Shown here in pieces: positions 11,044-25,609 of a DNA stretch of 64,000 bases. How positions within the stretch are numbered: position 1 is the stretch's first letter; each line of letters begins with the position of its first letter. Below the pieces are notes generated by a model. That model was given only the letters and a program-made list of their open reading frames with translations, did not search any database and was not told the origin of the DNA. The stretch covers positions 100,440,001 to 100,504,000 of the forward strand of contig OZ024742.1 in NCBI GenBank assembly GCA_964016885.1, given 5' to 3'. A program made the position numbers and the translations under genes. Source of the stretch: Eledone cirrhosa. Taxonomy: Eukaryota.

Positions 11044-11810
11044 TTATATTTCTCTTAGGTCAGTATTGTTTGTTTGGGTGTTGTTGTTATTCCATTTATT
11101 TTTTCTGTTTAGCTTTGGTCTTCTAAGTTCTATTTCACTGGCCTCTCTGATTTGCCTATCTGCTGGGTCATTTCTATGTTTAGATATTATTTTAATTTCT
11201 ATGTTGTCTATGTTACCGCCATGTTGTTGTCGGGCGTGTTCGTATAGTACTGAACCGTTTTTTCGTCCTTTTAGTTCCCCCCAGTGTTGGTCTATCCTTT
11301 CACCTATGCTACGAGCTGTCTCGCCTATGTATGTTGTTGTCATGTTTCTGCAAGTACCCTCTGTACATCTTATGCTATAGACTACGCTTCTAGTTTTACA
11401 GTTTATCCGCGGGTTTACTTTACATATGATACATTTCCTATTAGTACAGTAGGTTTTCTTAAAAGGGTATGTTTTGCTGATCAGGGATTTTATGGTGGTT
11501 CCTGGCTTTTCTACCACCTTAATCTTTAAGAGGGTCTTTATCAGGGCCTTTCTACACTGGTTAGCTAATTTCCCTCCAGAGGTAGCGTCCACGAACATGC
11601 CACTCTGGTATCTCTGGTTGTCGTACCATGAGGTGGCTTTCTCTATCTTATGTTTAGTCCTATCTAAGCTAGTCCATGATTTGCTCCTGTATAATGGGCA
11701 AATTCCTTTCATGTCCAGTTCTATGAGGGTCTTATACTTCTCCGTGGCTCCTTCGTATACTCTGATTCTGTCTCTTTGGAGAACTGCATGCGGTTGATGA
11801 AGTGTTGGAT
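11044..11810 (-). pseudogene. C-terminal part of a PLE polyprotein: post-RT linker, Cys cluster and GIY-YIG endonuclease
   Basis: PLYRSKSW..FVDATSGGKLA..IKVVEKPGTTIK..PF..CTNRKCIIC..C..VVYSIRC..C..YIGETARSIGERIDQH..SVLYEHARQQH..RQIREASEI..PKLNRK. The N-terminus of the 319-aa tracked ORF comes from microsatellite and inverted-repeat sequence. Confidence 0.9.
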
Positions 11811-12541
11811 GTGTCTTTCCTTTCTGTGAGTGTGTTCTGTTATTAATTCTGGCAATATTATTACTACAATATGACCCTCCCCAAGTATAACAATATTTGT
11901 TTCGACACACGATTTCATATATATATATATATATATACATATATAAGAGAGAGAGAGAGAGAGGGGTGGGGTGGGGGGAGAGAGAGACAGAGAGAGACAT
12001 CATGTGTGAATCTCCAATTTTCGAATTAGCTGTCGTAACGGCAAGAGCTCAGCTGTCGGGCCTGACTCTCTATTACATTTACACTCTACTATCCCCAGTA
12101 TCGAGTACTCTGCTGAATTATCTTAAATTATTATATTAGTCTAAACTCGTATAACCCTGATCTATATATATATATATATTACATGATAGCAATACAAAAT
12201 AATTGCTCAGTTTCCAGCCAATTAGGAAAACCCCACAAGTGTGTCCAACGTTGCTAAAAAGAACAGCCAAATCAGACAAAACCAAATATCGGTGAAAAAT
12301 CCGATATTTTAAGACAGCATATGTATGCATGTGTATGTGCTTAATGAGAGAAAGGACGATAGAATGAGTGAGTCTGGGCTTATATTCATATATGAACGCA
12401 ATGTCACGTTTGTACTCGGAGTCATAGTGGTGTTTAGTGGCATCAATGATCTTTTTATGATGTTCGATAGTCAATTTTGTTCGATTTGGAAGGAAGTAAG
12501 TTGCAGGGGGAGCTTGCTGAACATATCTCCTTAATCAAACA

Positions 12542-12576
<35 letters not shown>

Positions 12577-12724
12577 CTACTACGATAGATAATGAACACA
12601 ACCACAAGGATATGGTCCGAACGTGGAAGAGCTGAACTCCCAATTTTATTCGCCTCCATATCTCTCGCCCTCCCATATCTCTGTATGGGGAGCAAAAGGG
12701 GTCCCACGTGCTGGCCTCCCGCAC

Positions 12725-12970
12725 AGCCCGGCGGACAGAATTGAGAAGGCATTTCCCCGGAGGATGGTAAGGGAGATGCGCTGGAAGAGCCATATTATCT
12801 CACGAGGCTCACACCTGCGGCTATCCAGCTCAGCGCCTATGGTTGTGAGCAGGGAGGTGGTCCTAAAGCAAGGACACCAGAATTCTTCACTGCCAAGGGC
12901 ACGACTGCAAACCTGTCGGAGAGCGACCAGTACTTGGAGAGTTTGGCCTCCTCAGCCCGACGTACAGTAG
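12725..12970 (-). pseudogene. 3' fragment of a CRE-like non-LTR retrotransposon (restriction-like endonuclease C-terminus), frameshifted
   Basis: AEEAKLSKYWSLSDRFAVVPLAVKNSGVL, then in another frame TTSLLTTIGAELDSRRCEPREIIWLFQRISLTILRGNAFSIL. This matches the K..KY..P.A.E..G..QRIS..RGNA pattern I recall for CRE-clade proteins. Confidence 0.7.
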
Positions 12971-13295
12971 AACCTGGGTTAATCACACACATATATACAC
13001 GTATATATACGGTCACCAATAGGTGCATGTGTGCGAAGGTATGTATATTTGTACGGGTATATATATATATATATACATCTATTTTATTTATAGTAATGGT
13101 TTTGGTCATTAGACTGCGGCCATGCTGAGATCATAGCGATCACAGTAATTCTTTTATCTGATACTTATTTCATCGATCTTTTGCTATGCAACCGCTAGGT
13201 TAGAAGGCATAAATATACACGCATGCGCCTATCAGTGACTGTATATGTGTGTGTGTATGTGCCTCTGTGTGTGTGTGTATGTGTGTGTGTATGTA

Positions 13296-13350
<55 letters not shown>

Positions 13351-13522
13351 TGTTGTGTCCACAATAAATAAACATATGTGTGAATGGATAAATAGATATG
13401 GAGGTAGACAGATATTGATAGATATATAGACATCTAGAGAGACAGTTGTAGAGAGAGGAGAGAGAGAGAGGTGGATGGATATTAAGATAGATGGATAGAT
13501 AAATAAACACATGGAGACCATC

Positions 13523-13653
<131 letters not shown>

Positions 13654-13684
13654 TAGATAGATATAGATATAGATATATACACAT

Positions 13685-13730
<46 letters not shown>

Positions 13731-13788
13731 AGAGAGAGAGAGAGATATACACATACACATATATATATATCTACACACACACACATAC

Positions 13789-13846
<58 letters not shown>

Positions 13847-13862
13847 ACACACACACACATAC

Positions 13863-13948
<86 letters not shown>

Positions 13949-14211
13949 CCGTATATGGTTAACGGCTGAGATAAAGGAGTACTCAATACCGAAATAGGGA
14001 TAAAAACAGGCGAAACTCCAGAGTATTTAGCATGCATATATATATATATATATATAACAAAGAGGATGTGGTAAAATACCAGATGGACCATAACGCACCA
14101 GAGTACTCAATACTTAGGGTAGTAGAGTGGGTAATAGGAAAAGAGTCACGACCCCGATGCTGAGCTCCGGCCGTTTAGACAGCTAGATCCCGAACTCTCT
14201 CCCTCTTTCTG

Positions 14212-14281
<70 letters not shown>

Positions 14282-14282
14282 C

Positions 14283-14316
<34 letters not shown>

Positions 14317-14333
14317 ATGTGTGTGTGTGTGTA

Positions 14334-14377
<44 letters not shown>

Positions 14378-14426
14378 TACACACACACACCGTTATATAT
14401 ATATATCGTTATATATATATATATAT

Positions 14427-14633
14427 ATAACAAAAAAGTGTGGTAAGGAACCAGATGAACCATAACGCACCAGAGTACTCAATACTTAGGGTAGTAGAGT
14501 GGGTAATAGGAAAAAGTATGACCCCGACGGCAGAGCTCAAGCCGTTTCGACGGCTATTTCTGGACGGCTATTTCAGTCCGGAAATAGCCGTCGAAACGGC
14601 TTGAGCTCTGCCGTCGGGGTCATACTTTTTCCC
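14427..14633 (-). mobile_element. Family F1 fold-back copy
   Basis: Palindrome at 14509-14632 whose centre retains gacggctatttc-agtccg-gaaatagccgtc (putative stem II). Confidence 0.85.
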
Positions 14634-14667
14634 ATATATATATATATATATATATACAGAGAGAGGA

Positions 14668-14703
<36 letters not shown>

Positions 14704-14742
14704 AGAGAGAGAGAGAGATCCATCAAAGCTCTACAATGTCTG

Positions 14743-14800
<58 letters not shown>

Positions 14801-15039
14801 CAGTGAAGAGTGAGTGTTGAAGTGCTGTATATAGACATATGTCTGAAGCTAGGACAGAGAGTATTCAGTACTGTAAACTTCACACCTCCACACAATTTCC
14901 ATACATTTTAAAAGTAGCTTTCACTCTTTCTATCTTTCTTTCTCGCTTTCTTTCTCTCTCACTCATTCTTTTCCATTCTTTCTCTCACGTTCATTCTTTC
15001 ACCCTTTCTTTTCTGTCTCACTCTCTTTCACCCTATATT

Positions 15040-15091
15040 TCTCTCTCTCTCTCTCCATCTGTCTGTCTCTCTCTCTGTCTCTCTATCTCTG

Positions 15092-15147
<56 letters not shown>

Positions 15148-15170
15148 GATCTATCTATCTATCTGTCTCT

Positions 15171-15244
<74 letters not shown>

Positions 15245-15440
15245 GTCTGTCTATCTCTCTCTATCTCTATCTCTCTCTCTCTCTCTATCGATCTATCTAT
15301 CTATCTGTCTCTTTCACTCTCTCTCTCTCTCCCTCTATCGATCTATCTATCTATCTATCTGTCTGTCTGTCTATCTCTCTCTCTATCTCTCTCTCTCTCT
15401 CTCTATCTCTCTCTATCGATCTATCTATCTATCTGTCTCT

Positions 15441-15471
<31 letters not shown>

Positions 15472-15511
15472 CCCCTCTCTCTCTCTATCTATCTATCTAT
15501 CTGTCTGTCTG

Positions 15512-15555
<44 letters not shown>

Positions 15556-15581
15556 CTCTATCGATCTATCTGTCTCTTTCA

Positions 15582-15647
<66 letters not shown>

Positions 15648-15772
15648 GTCTGTCTATCTCTCTCTATCTCTATCTCTCTCTCTCTCTCTACCGATCTATC
15701 TATCTATCTGTCTCTTTCACTCTCTCTCTCTCTCTCTCTCTCCCTCTCTCTCTCTATCTATCTATCTATCTG

Positions 15773-15845
<73 letters not shown>

Positions 15846-15920
15846 CTGTCTCTCTCACTGTCTCTCTCTCACTGTCTCTCTCTATCTATCTGTCTATCTC
15901 AGTCTCTCTCTCTCTATCTC

Positions 15921-15972
<52 letters not shown>

Positions 15973-15990
15973 CCTCTCCTTCTCTCTCTC
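15040..15990. repeat. (CT)n/(CTAT)n compound microsatellite with repeated ctatcgatctatc blocks
   Basis: Visible directly in the sequence. Confidence 0.9.
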
Positions 15991-16302
15991 CACAAGATTT
16001 TACTGGTTGGTGTGTATGTGTGTACTGATACGTAAATATTTTGATATGAGAATACTTTCACCATTATGTGTGTGTGTTGATATATATCTATACGTATGTG
16101 TTGTGTAAGTGTTGATATAAGTCTATATATGTGTGTGAGTGTGTGAGTGTGTGCCTGTTGTATGAAGTGAGAATATCCAGGGATGTGTTCTGCATGGAAA
16201 CTTAACAGTAAAGTAAACCCTACTGAGTATGATAGTCTCCACTGTGCTGCTGCTGTATTTATCATGCTTTAACTCTGTTGGCGGGTTTTCTTAGTGATTG
16301 TG

Positions 16303-16670
16303 TGTGTGATAACTTTCTCTGTGTGATAACTTTCTCTGTGTGATAACTTTCTCTGTGTGATAACTCTGCCTCTGTGTGTCTGTCTGTATGATAACTGTGT
16401 GTGTGTGTGTGTAATAACTGTGTGTGTATGTGTGTGTGTGTGTGTGTCTGTGTGATAACTGTGTGTGCATGTGTGTGTGTGATAACTGTGTTTGTGTGTG
16501 ATAACTGTGTGTGTGTGTGTGTGTGTGTGATAACTGTATTTGTGTGTGTGTGTGTGTGTGTGTGTGTGATAACTGTGTGTGTGTGTGTGTGATAACTGTG
16601 TGTTTGTGTGTGATAACTGTGTGTGTGTGTGTGTGTGTGATAACTGTATTTGTGTGTGTGTGTGTGTGAT

Positions 16671-16701
<31 letters not shown>

Positions 16702-16963
16702 ATAACTGTATTTGTGTGTGTGTGTGTGTGTGTGATAACTGTGTGTGTGTGTGTGTGATAACTGTGTGTTTGTGTGTGATAACTTTCTCTGTGTGATAAC
16801 TCTGCCTCAGTGTGTCTGTGTGTATGGTAACTGTGTGTGTGTGTGATAACTGTGTGTTTGTGTGTGTTTGTGTGTGATAACTGTGTGTGTGTGTGTGATA
16901 AGTGTGTGTTTGTGTGTGTGTGTGTGTGTGATAAGTGTGTGTTTGTGTGTGTGTGTGATAAGT

Positions 16964-17013
<50 letters not shown>

Positions 17014-17060
17014 TAATCTTTTGTATGTGATAACTCTGTGTGTGTGTGTGTGTGTGTGTT
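16303..17060. repeat. Minisatellite of TGATAAC(T) motifs separated by variable (GT)n
   Basis: More than 25 gtgataac/gtgataag motifs spaced by GT runs. Confidence 0.9.
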
Positions 17061-17317
17061 GATGCAATAATTTGTTTGTGTATCTGTTGCCATTTGTTGC
17101 AGTATATATAAGTGTTTGAATCCTACTGTCTTGTTTTATACGTGTGTGTGTGTGTGTGTGATAGAGAGAGAGTGTGTGTGTGTGTGATAGAAAGAGAGTG
17201 TGTGTGTGTGATAGAGAGAGAGTGTGTGTGTGTTATAGAGAAAGAGAGTGTGTGTGTGTGTGTTTGTGTGTGTGTGTGATAGAGAGAGAGAGAGAGAGAG
17301 AGAGAGTGTGTGTGTGT

Positions 17318-17371
<54 letters not shown>

Positions 17372-17390
17372 ATGTGTGATAGAGAGGGAG

Positions 17391-17426
<36 letters not shown>

Positions 17427-17492
17427 TGTGTTTGTGTGTGATAGAGAGAGAGAGTGTGTGTGTGTTTGTGTGTGTGTGATAGAGAGAGAGAG

Positions 17493-17521
<29 letters not shown>

Positions 17522-17527
<6 letters not shown>

Positions 17528-17800
17528 TTTAGGGGTTAAGGTGTTGGGTTCGTGATCGTAAAGTCGTTCCAGGACCGGGCAGCGTAGTGTGTCCTTGAGC
17601 AAGAAACTTTATTTCACTTTGTTCCAGTCCACCTAGCTGAAAAAAAAGTTGTACTGTACATGTAATTCAATAACATAGTCATGCCACACACGGTGTCAAG
17701 CTGAATCTCCCTGAGAATTAAGTTATTTTGCATGCGTCTGTGGAATGCTCAGCCACTTACACGTTAATTTAACGAGCAGACTATTCTGTTGTTCAATCTA
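17522..17800 (+). mobile_element. tRNA-derived SINE (family B)
   Basis: Head tagtttaggggttaaggtgttgg..gtgtccttgagcaag and body gtctgtggaatgctcagccacttacacgttaatttaacgagcag. Related segments lie at 21390-21700, 25620-25790, 33780-33920, 41640-41760 and 53930-54060. Confidence 0.65.
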
Positions 17801-17844
17801 TTAGAACACTCACACACACTAAGATACACCTTATTAAGATGTGT

Positions 17845-17995
17845 GTATGCTACATACAGTGTATGCTACATACAGTGTATGCTACACACAGTGTATGCTA
17901 CATACAGTGTATGCTACATACAGTGTATGCTACATACAGTGTATGCTACACACAGTGTATGCTACATACAGTGTATGCTACATACAGTGTATGTT
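17845..17995. repeat. 16-bp tandem repeat (gtatgctacatacagt) x ~9
   Basis: Visible directly in the sequence. Confidence 0.95.
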
Positions 17996-18268
17996 GTATG
18001 GCTGTCACTACGAAATGTGTCAATGTAATTGTTTAACAACAGACTCTATCAAACAAACCTATGATCAAAGGCGCTCCAGCTGTATGTGTGTGTGTATATA
18101 TAAACATATGTTGTATGTAGTTTAATCTGTGTATGTGTTTCTGTTCATGTCTCTTTTATTTTTAATTTTATTTTTTGAATCTTTATTTTACAAAAGTAAT
18201 TTTTTAAGGCTTCCCTTAAAAAAATATTTTTCGTATTGTACTGTTTCCGTTCGTTGTTAATTTTCTTA

Positions 18269-18338
<70 letters not shown>

Positions 18339-18343
18339 TATAC

Positions 18344-18374
<31 letters not shown>

Positions 18375-18383
18375 AATATATAC

Positions 18384-18416
<33 letters not shown>

Positions 18417-18425
18417 AATATATAC

Positions 18426-18500
<75 letters not shown>

Positions 18501-18508
18501 TATATATA

Positions 18509-18548
<40 letters not shown>

Positions 18549-18570
18549 TATATAAATATATATATATATA

Positions 18571-18604
<34 letters not shown>

Positions 18605-18822
18605 CATTATTATAAAGAAAACGAAAAATCAGTGATGCATCTGGACTTAGTTTATTTCGTGTTACAAATGTTTCGCCGGCATGTAGCTCGAGTCATGGTC
18701 CTTGTATGGATCTGGCTGATTCTACTTCTGCGGGTTCTTTCAGACACGGGTGTTATGTCCGGAGCAAATTTCACCATAGCTACCACTATACACAAATATA
18801 TATATATATATACACACACACA

Positions 18823-18931
18823 TGCCGAAGTTAACTTTGCCTTTCATCCTTACGGGGTCGATAAAATAAAGTACCAGTACCAGTAATACACTGAAATAAT
18901 TGCTGGCCTTGTGCCAAAAGTAGAAACAATT
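18823..18931 (+). mobile_element. 5'-truncated SINE family A
   Basis: gccgaagttaactttgcctttcatccttacggggtcgataaaataaagtaccag...agaaacaatt. Confidence 0.85.
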
Positions 18932-18940
18932 ATTTACTTT

Positions 18941-19018
<78 letters not shown>

Positions 19019-19107
19019 AAAGTAAATAACAACAAGGACTACAGTTGCGAAAGGTGTTAGGTATTTGGTTCACGTTTGAGAATGGTGGTTGGTGGGTGGT
19101 ATATATA

Positions 19108-19253
19108 AATATAGAAATGGCTTCTACAGGACTAGGGCTGTTTCATTCGGGAGAAATCATCAGGAAGCCTGATGATTTCTCTCGAATGAAACAGTTCTAG
19201 TCTTGTAGAAGCAATATCTATATTAAATATTTATACTCTGCTATGTATTGAGA

Positions 19254-19260
<7 letters not shown>
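19108..19260 (+). mobile_element. Fold-back element (family F2) with back-to-back hammerheads
   Basis: Hairpin at ~19108-19223. The same family occurs in the opposite orientation at ~45205-45356. Confidence 0.85.
19120..19168 (-). ncRNA. Type I hammerhead ribozyme
   Basis: The minus strand reads gcttc-CTGATGA-tttc tccc gaat-GAAA-cag ccctagtc ctg-TA-gaagc. The core is canonical and all three stems pair. Confidence 0.85.
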
Positions 19261-19289
<29 letters not shown>

Positions 19290-19649
19290 TACATATATTG
19301 TACACTTTAATACAATATATATATATATATATATATATACTTTGGGAGGGTCATGTTGCCAATATATATGTATGTGTGTGTGTGTGTGGGGGGTAAATTA
19401 TTTGATTGCGCTCATGCTGGGGCACCTGCTTGAAGTGATTTGATCGATAATCTCTATCCCAGTACTTACATTTTCAACTGTGGCAACTTATTTTAACAAT
19501 CTTTGTATTGAACCACTATTTTGTGAGACATCAATATACTCGCACGCACTCACTGGCATACACACACGCCACACTCAGACAAATACACTTACATGGATGT
19601 ACACACACTGACACATACCGCACACATGCACACACACACATAAATATAG

Positions 19650-19680
<31 letters not shown>

Positions 19681-19811
19681 AACATGAGGGGCATTAGCAC
19701 AGTTTCTGTCTACCAAATTTCACTCATAACGCGTTAGTCAATCCATCGATATTTATAGTCGTACTGTTTTTTTTTTACGGGACGTAAACACAGATACAGT
19801 CATCAACGTAT

Positions 19812-19890
<79 letters not shown>

Positions 19891-21389
19891 TATATACACA
19901 CATACACACATACACACTTACATACACATACATCCACACACATACATACACATACATTTTAATGTTTGTATGTGGTTGTAGGATGTATTTCATAGTTCTA
20001 CCTTATGAAGGTAGTGGTTTCGATGTTTTTTAAGTGTATGTATGTATGTATGTATGTATGTATGTATGTATGTATGTATGTATGTGTGTGTGTGTGTATG
20101 TATTTCTGCAGGTATGTATGTATGTATATATGTATGTATGAATGTGTATGTATGTGTATGTATATATGTGTCCATAAATGTATGTATGCATGCGTATATA
20201 TATATATATGTATATGTGTGTATGCATGTATGTATGCATGGATGTTGTATGAATGTGTATATGTGTATATGAATGTGTGAGTGTATGTATGCATGTGTGT
20301 ATGTATGTGAATATGTATTATGTATGTATGTATATTTGTATATATGTATATTTGTATGTATGTGTATGTATGTATGTGTGTGCATAAATGTATGTATGCA
20401 TGCGTATATATATATATATATATGTGTGTATGTATGTATGTACGTATGTACATACATACATACACATACATACAAATATACTCTTAATTTCGAGTATATT
20501 TTTTTGACCGGCCACCTTCCTGGTGGCAAGGTTGTAAAAGAAAAGAAATTGTCATCCCTTGAATCGCAAGAATGTTTTGCAAATTTTGAACGTGCCAGCT
20601 ATCGCAGCCATTTGTAGACTATGTATGTATGTATGTATATTTGTATGTATGTATGTATATATATGTATGTATGTGTATGTGTATGTATGTATGTATGTAT
20701 GTGTATGTATGTATGAATATGTATGTATATATATATATATATGTATGTGTGTTTATTTATTTGAAAGACAGACGAAAATAGTAAAAAAAAACAAATGTTA
20801 TATTCTGCTCTTGGTGTCTGTAACACGGGTTGTCAGTACCTAGAAATCGAACCCTGCTATTTTTTATGTTCACCACGGCGGCCTGTTATAATGTCCGTTG
20901 AAATCTATATAGCTCTGATGCAGTGTTACCGTATGTACACTTGTGTTTGTCAGTTTGTGGCGTGTGTGTGTGTATCACTGCTTCTGCGTATATGTATGTG
21001 TGTGTCTGTGTGTGTATTCATTTGTGTGTGTATGTCAGTTTGTGAGTGTGCGTATCTCTGTTTCTGTGTAAATGTGTGTGTGTGTGTATGTTTGTGTGTA
21101 TTTGTGTGTGTGTGTGTGTGTGTGTCAGTTTGTGGGTGTGCGTATCTCTGTTTCTGTGTAAATGTGTGTGTGTGTGTGTATATATGTTTGTGTGTATGTG
21201 TGTGTGTGTGTGTGTGTGTGCGTGTCTGTTTGTGAGCGTGTTTATGTTTGTGTGCCTCTTTGCATATGTGTGTGAATATGTGCATGGGTTTGTCTGTTTG
21301 TATGTGAGTGTATGTGTCTGTGTGTGTGTGAGTGTATGTGTGTGTTTGTGTGTGTGTGTGTGTGTGTTTCGTGTGTTTCGTGTAGGACC

Positions 21390-21700
21390 TCCATCGATTC
21401 CGACGACGACAGCTTCACTTGTTCGAACAACGTAACAGCCTGCTCGTGAAATTAACGTGCAGGTTTGTGAGCATTCGACAGACACGTGTACCCCGAAAGT
21501 AGTTTCGAGGGTGATTCACCATACCACAGTACCCGTGACAAGACTGACCGTTTCAATTACAGGTATAACTTGCAGAGATCTGGAGGAGGGCAACGTCGAA
21601 GAGAATCTCTTCCTGAAGGACAACACAGCGTGCTGTCCAGTCCGAGAATCGATCTCGTGACCTTACGGTCGTGAGAGGAACAACCTAACTACTAAACTAC
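21390..21700 (-). mobile_element. tRNA-derived SINE (family B), diverged
   Basis: cctgctcgtgaaattaacgtgcagg..gagcattcgacagacacgtg is the reverse complement of the 17730-17780 body. Confidence 0.65.
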
Positions 21701-22127
21701 ATGTATTTACTATATATTACTACGCAGTACTCAGTAGATGGTCCCTAACACGAAACAAGAGACAACAAGCCGTATATGCCTGGGGGTGGTCACATCACTT
21801 GCTAGAAATAAGTCATATCACTCCAGATATGAAAAATGTCATAGATATTAGAAATTGAAAAAGAAACTAAAAAGTAATGTAGGCTCAGATAAATAAGATG
21901 CGAGGGTCAAAACAGGAATGTGTTTGATCATTACTGTTCTTGTTGTTGGCTGACCTGGGGCTAAATAACAACATATACAATACAGCAATGATTATACTAC
22001 ATAATATATATATTTTTACAGATATTCTCATTTTTTTTCTATGTATACATGCACACACACACACACACACAGTTTGTATATGACTATATATATATATTTT
22101 TATATATATACATATATATATAAATTT

Positions 22128-22169
<42 letters not shown>

Positions 22170-22454
22170 GTATGTATATGTATGTATATTTATATACATA
22201 GGTGTGTATACATAGAAACACACACAAGTATTTGTGTATATGCATACATATATGTTTGTACACTCATATATTTATATATGTGTGTGTGTGTATGTGTACC
22301 TGTATACAAATATTGTGTGTAATTAGCGATATATTTATATATATATATATAAGTATGTATCTATATTTGTGTGTGTGCATGTATGTTTGTGTGCATATGT
22401 GTATGCATATTTGTGTATGCATATGTGTATATGCATTGTGTGTTTGTAATTAAT

Positions 22455-22638
22455 TGTTTCTACGCTAGGCACAAGGCCAGCAATTAGCCAGTGCATTACT
22501 GGTACTTTATTTTATCGACCCCGTAAGATGAAAGGCAAAGTTAACTTCGGCGGGATTTGAACTCAGAATGGCAAGGGCCGTAACTCTATGCGTCAAAGCA
22601 TGGTGTCCGACCCGTTACCGATACTGCCAATCCACCGC
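22455..22638 (-). mobile_element. SINE family A, full length, with ~21-bp TSD
   Basis: Flanked by cattgtgtgtttgtaattaat at 22434-22454 and 22639-22659. Confidence 0.9.
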
Positions 22639-22730
22639 CATTGTGTGTTTGTAATTAATGATATCACTATATATATATATAAATCTCCAATCAATGTATG
22701 CTTATATCTCAGAAGGTCCTTATGAAAATT

Positions 22731-23349
<619 letters not shown>

Positions 23350-23485
23350 GAGTATGTGACTGTGACTTGGCCTAACTCTACCTGTGTGTATGTAAAATAA
23401 TTGTATTTGTATATTTATAAATGTATATATATATGTGTGTGTGTGTACGTATACATATATTCATATATATATTTAGAAGTATTTA

Positions 23486-23542
<57 letters not shown>

Positions 23543-24291
23543 TATGTATATATATAATTACATACCTGTTTGCTTTTACATAGATATTTGTATGTATATG
23601 TGTGTGCGTGTGTGTGTGTGTATGCATGTGTGCATGTGTGCATGTATGTATGTGTGTGCACGTATGCATGTGGTGTCAATGTATATGTCTATGTGCATGT
23701 ATGTATGTATGTATGTATGTATGTATGTATGTATGTATGTATGTATGTATGTGAGTGCATGTATGTATGTATGTATGTATGTATGTATGTATGTATGTAT
23801 GTATGTATGTATGTGAGTGCATGTATGTATGTGAGTGTGCATGTAAGTGTGTGTGCGTGTGTATGTCTGTGTGTGTATGTATGTGTATGTCTGTGTAAGG
23901 AGGTGTGTCTCTCTATAAATGTATGTGCGTGTATGTATCTTATGTTGGTCCCTCTGTCGCAAGGCTGTCAACAGCTCACTGGCCTGTCAACCCCTACGAT
24001 GGAAATAGAAATGGACTCTACCGTTGGTATAAAGGCGATCGGTTCCAGCTTCTGGCATGACATCTTCGTGGAAGTTTGAGGTAGGGGCAAGAGTAAGGGG
24101 AAGAGACAGTGAGAGAGAGAGAGAGTGTGGGAAAGAGTGAGGTGGCGAAGGATGAGAGAAAGAGTTAGTTCGGATTTTACATCAGGCTTGTAAGCCAGTG
24201 ACTTTAATAGTAACATCATTATTATCAGTTGACTGCAAAATATACATTTAACCCCACTTATACATTTATATACACACAAACATACACTCAC

Positions 24292-24368
<77 letters not shown>

Positions 24369-24679
24369 CACATATATATATATATACACTCACAGATACA
24401 AATACGCACATATGCAATTCATAAACACACATACTTATCGAGTTATACATACACACAAATTTATATATGCATAGACACATACACGTGCACACACGTATGT
24501 TTCTATCCGTATTAATATATACATAGACATACAAATATTTCATTCAATACTTTGTGCATACATGCACATCTACACCATATAGACTTCTGTAGTTATACAT
24601 CACACATCATACACTACAACTACTGATATACAACATATCTCTCTCTTACTTTCTTTACTTTATATATATATATATATAT

Positions 24680-24757
<78 letters not shown>

Positions 24758-25500
24758 TTAAGTGTGGTGGTTTAACACTGATATAAATATATATATGCAT
24801 GCATGCACGTATATTTATGTGTGGCTGTGTGCAGACATCGAACAATAGTTTTTATGGTGCCGAGTGCAAGAAGCTTAAAGCAGGTCTAGGTGTGCATTAG
24901 TACACTACTACATATTTGCTGCACCTACCTAAAGTCTTGAGTAACGTCTCAAGTGCTAGCCACACACACACACACAGAGACACACACACCCACACACACA
25001 CATACAATTCCACCACCACATGGACACATAAACAATTATACATATAAAAGCACATATACATACACTTATATATATTCATACATATGCATAATTACACATG
25101 TATATATATATATATATATGTATATAATATATAATATATATAATTGCGTACAAAAATAAACTTAGGCAAAAAAAGCTCGTGAAATGAAAAGTGGATTTTG
25201 GCGCCAAACACCAGCATTTCCACCACAGCACAGCTGGTATCTTTAAACCTAACTGAATGATATGCAATGGAACCATTAATATACATAATATATATATACA
25301 TGATATACTTATGCATGTATATATTATATATGGATATATATGAATAAACGAAAAGCATAATAAATAGTTCAACTAACTGCACATCAAAGGAAGGGTGGGG
25401 ACTGAGGTTTTATATAACCCCTCCGGCTGACATAGAAATTCTTGTAAAAACTTATATTGTAGCAAACACACAACTGCTATAACATACTATCCGTTCGTGA

Positions 25501-25549
<49 letters not shown>

Positions 25550-25556
25550 TCATCGA

Positions 25557-25609
<53 letters not shown>

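Larger units (their letters stand above)
10565..11916 (-). mobile_element. Truncated Penelope-like retroelement with inverted terminal segment
   Basis: GIY-YIG ORF on the - strand. 10565-10635 is the reverse complement of 11826-11896. An HHR-like motif lies at ~10765-10807. (TA)n flanks it. Confidence 0.88.

Noticed and set aside
11810-12003. N-terminal part of the 319-aa ORF as real protein
   Set aside because: It reads through (CT)n/(TA)n and the inverted terminal repeat, so it is not part of the PLE protein.
16303-17060. Repeat-spacer (CRISPR-like) pattern
   Set aside because: The spacers are just (GT)n of variable length.
21390-21700. Apparent coding exon (ORFs 21457-21660 and 21486-21674)
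   Set aside because: It is the reverse complement of the SINE family B sequence at 17522-17800.
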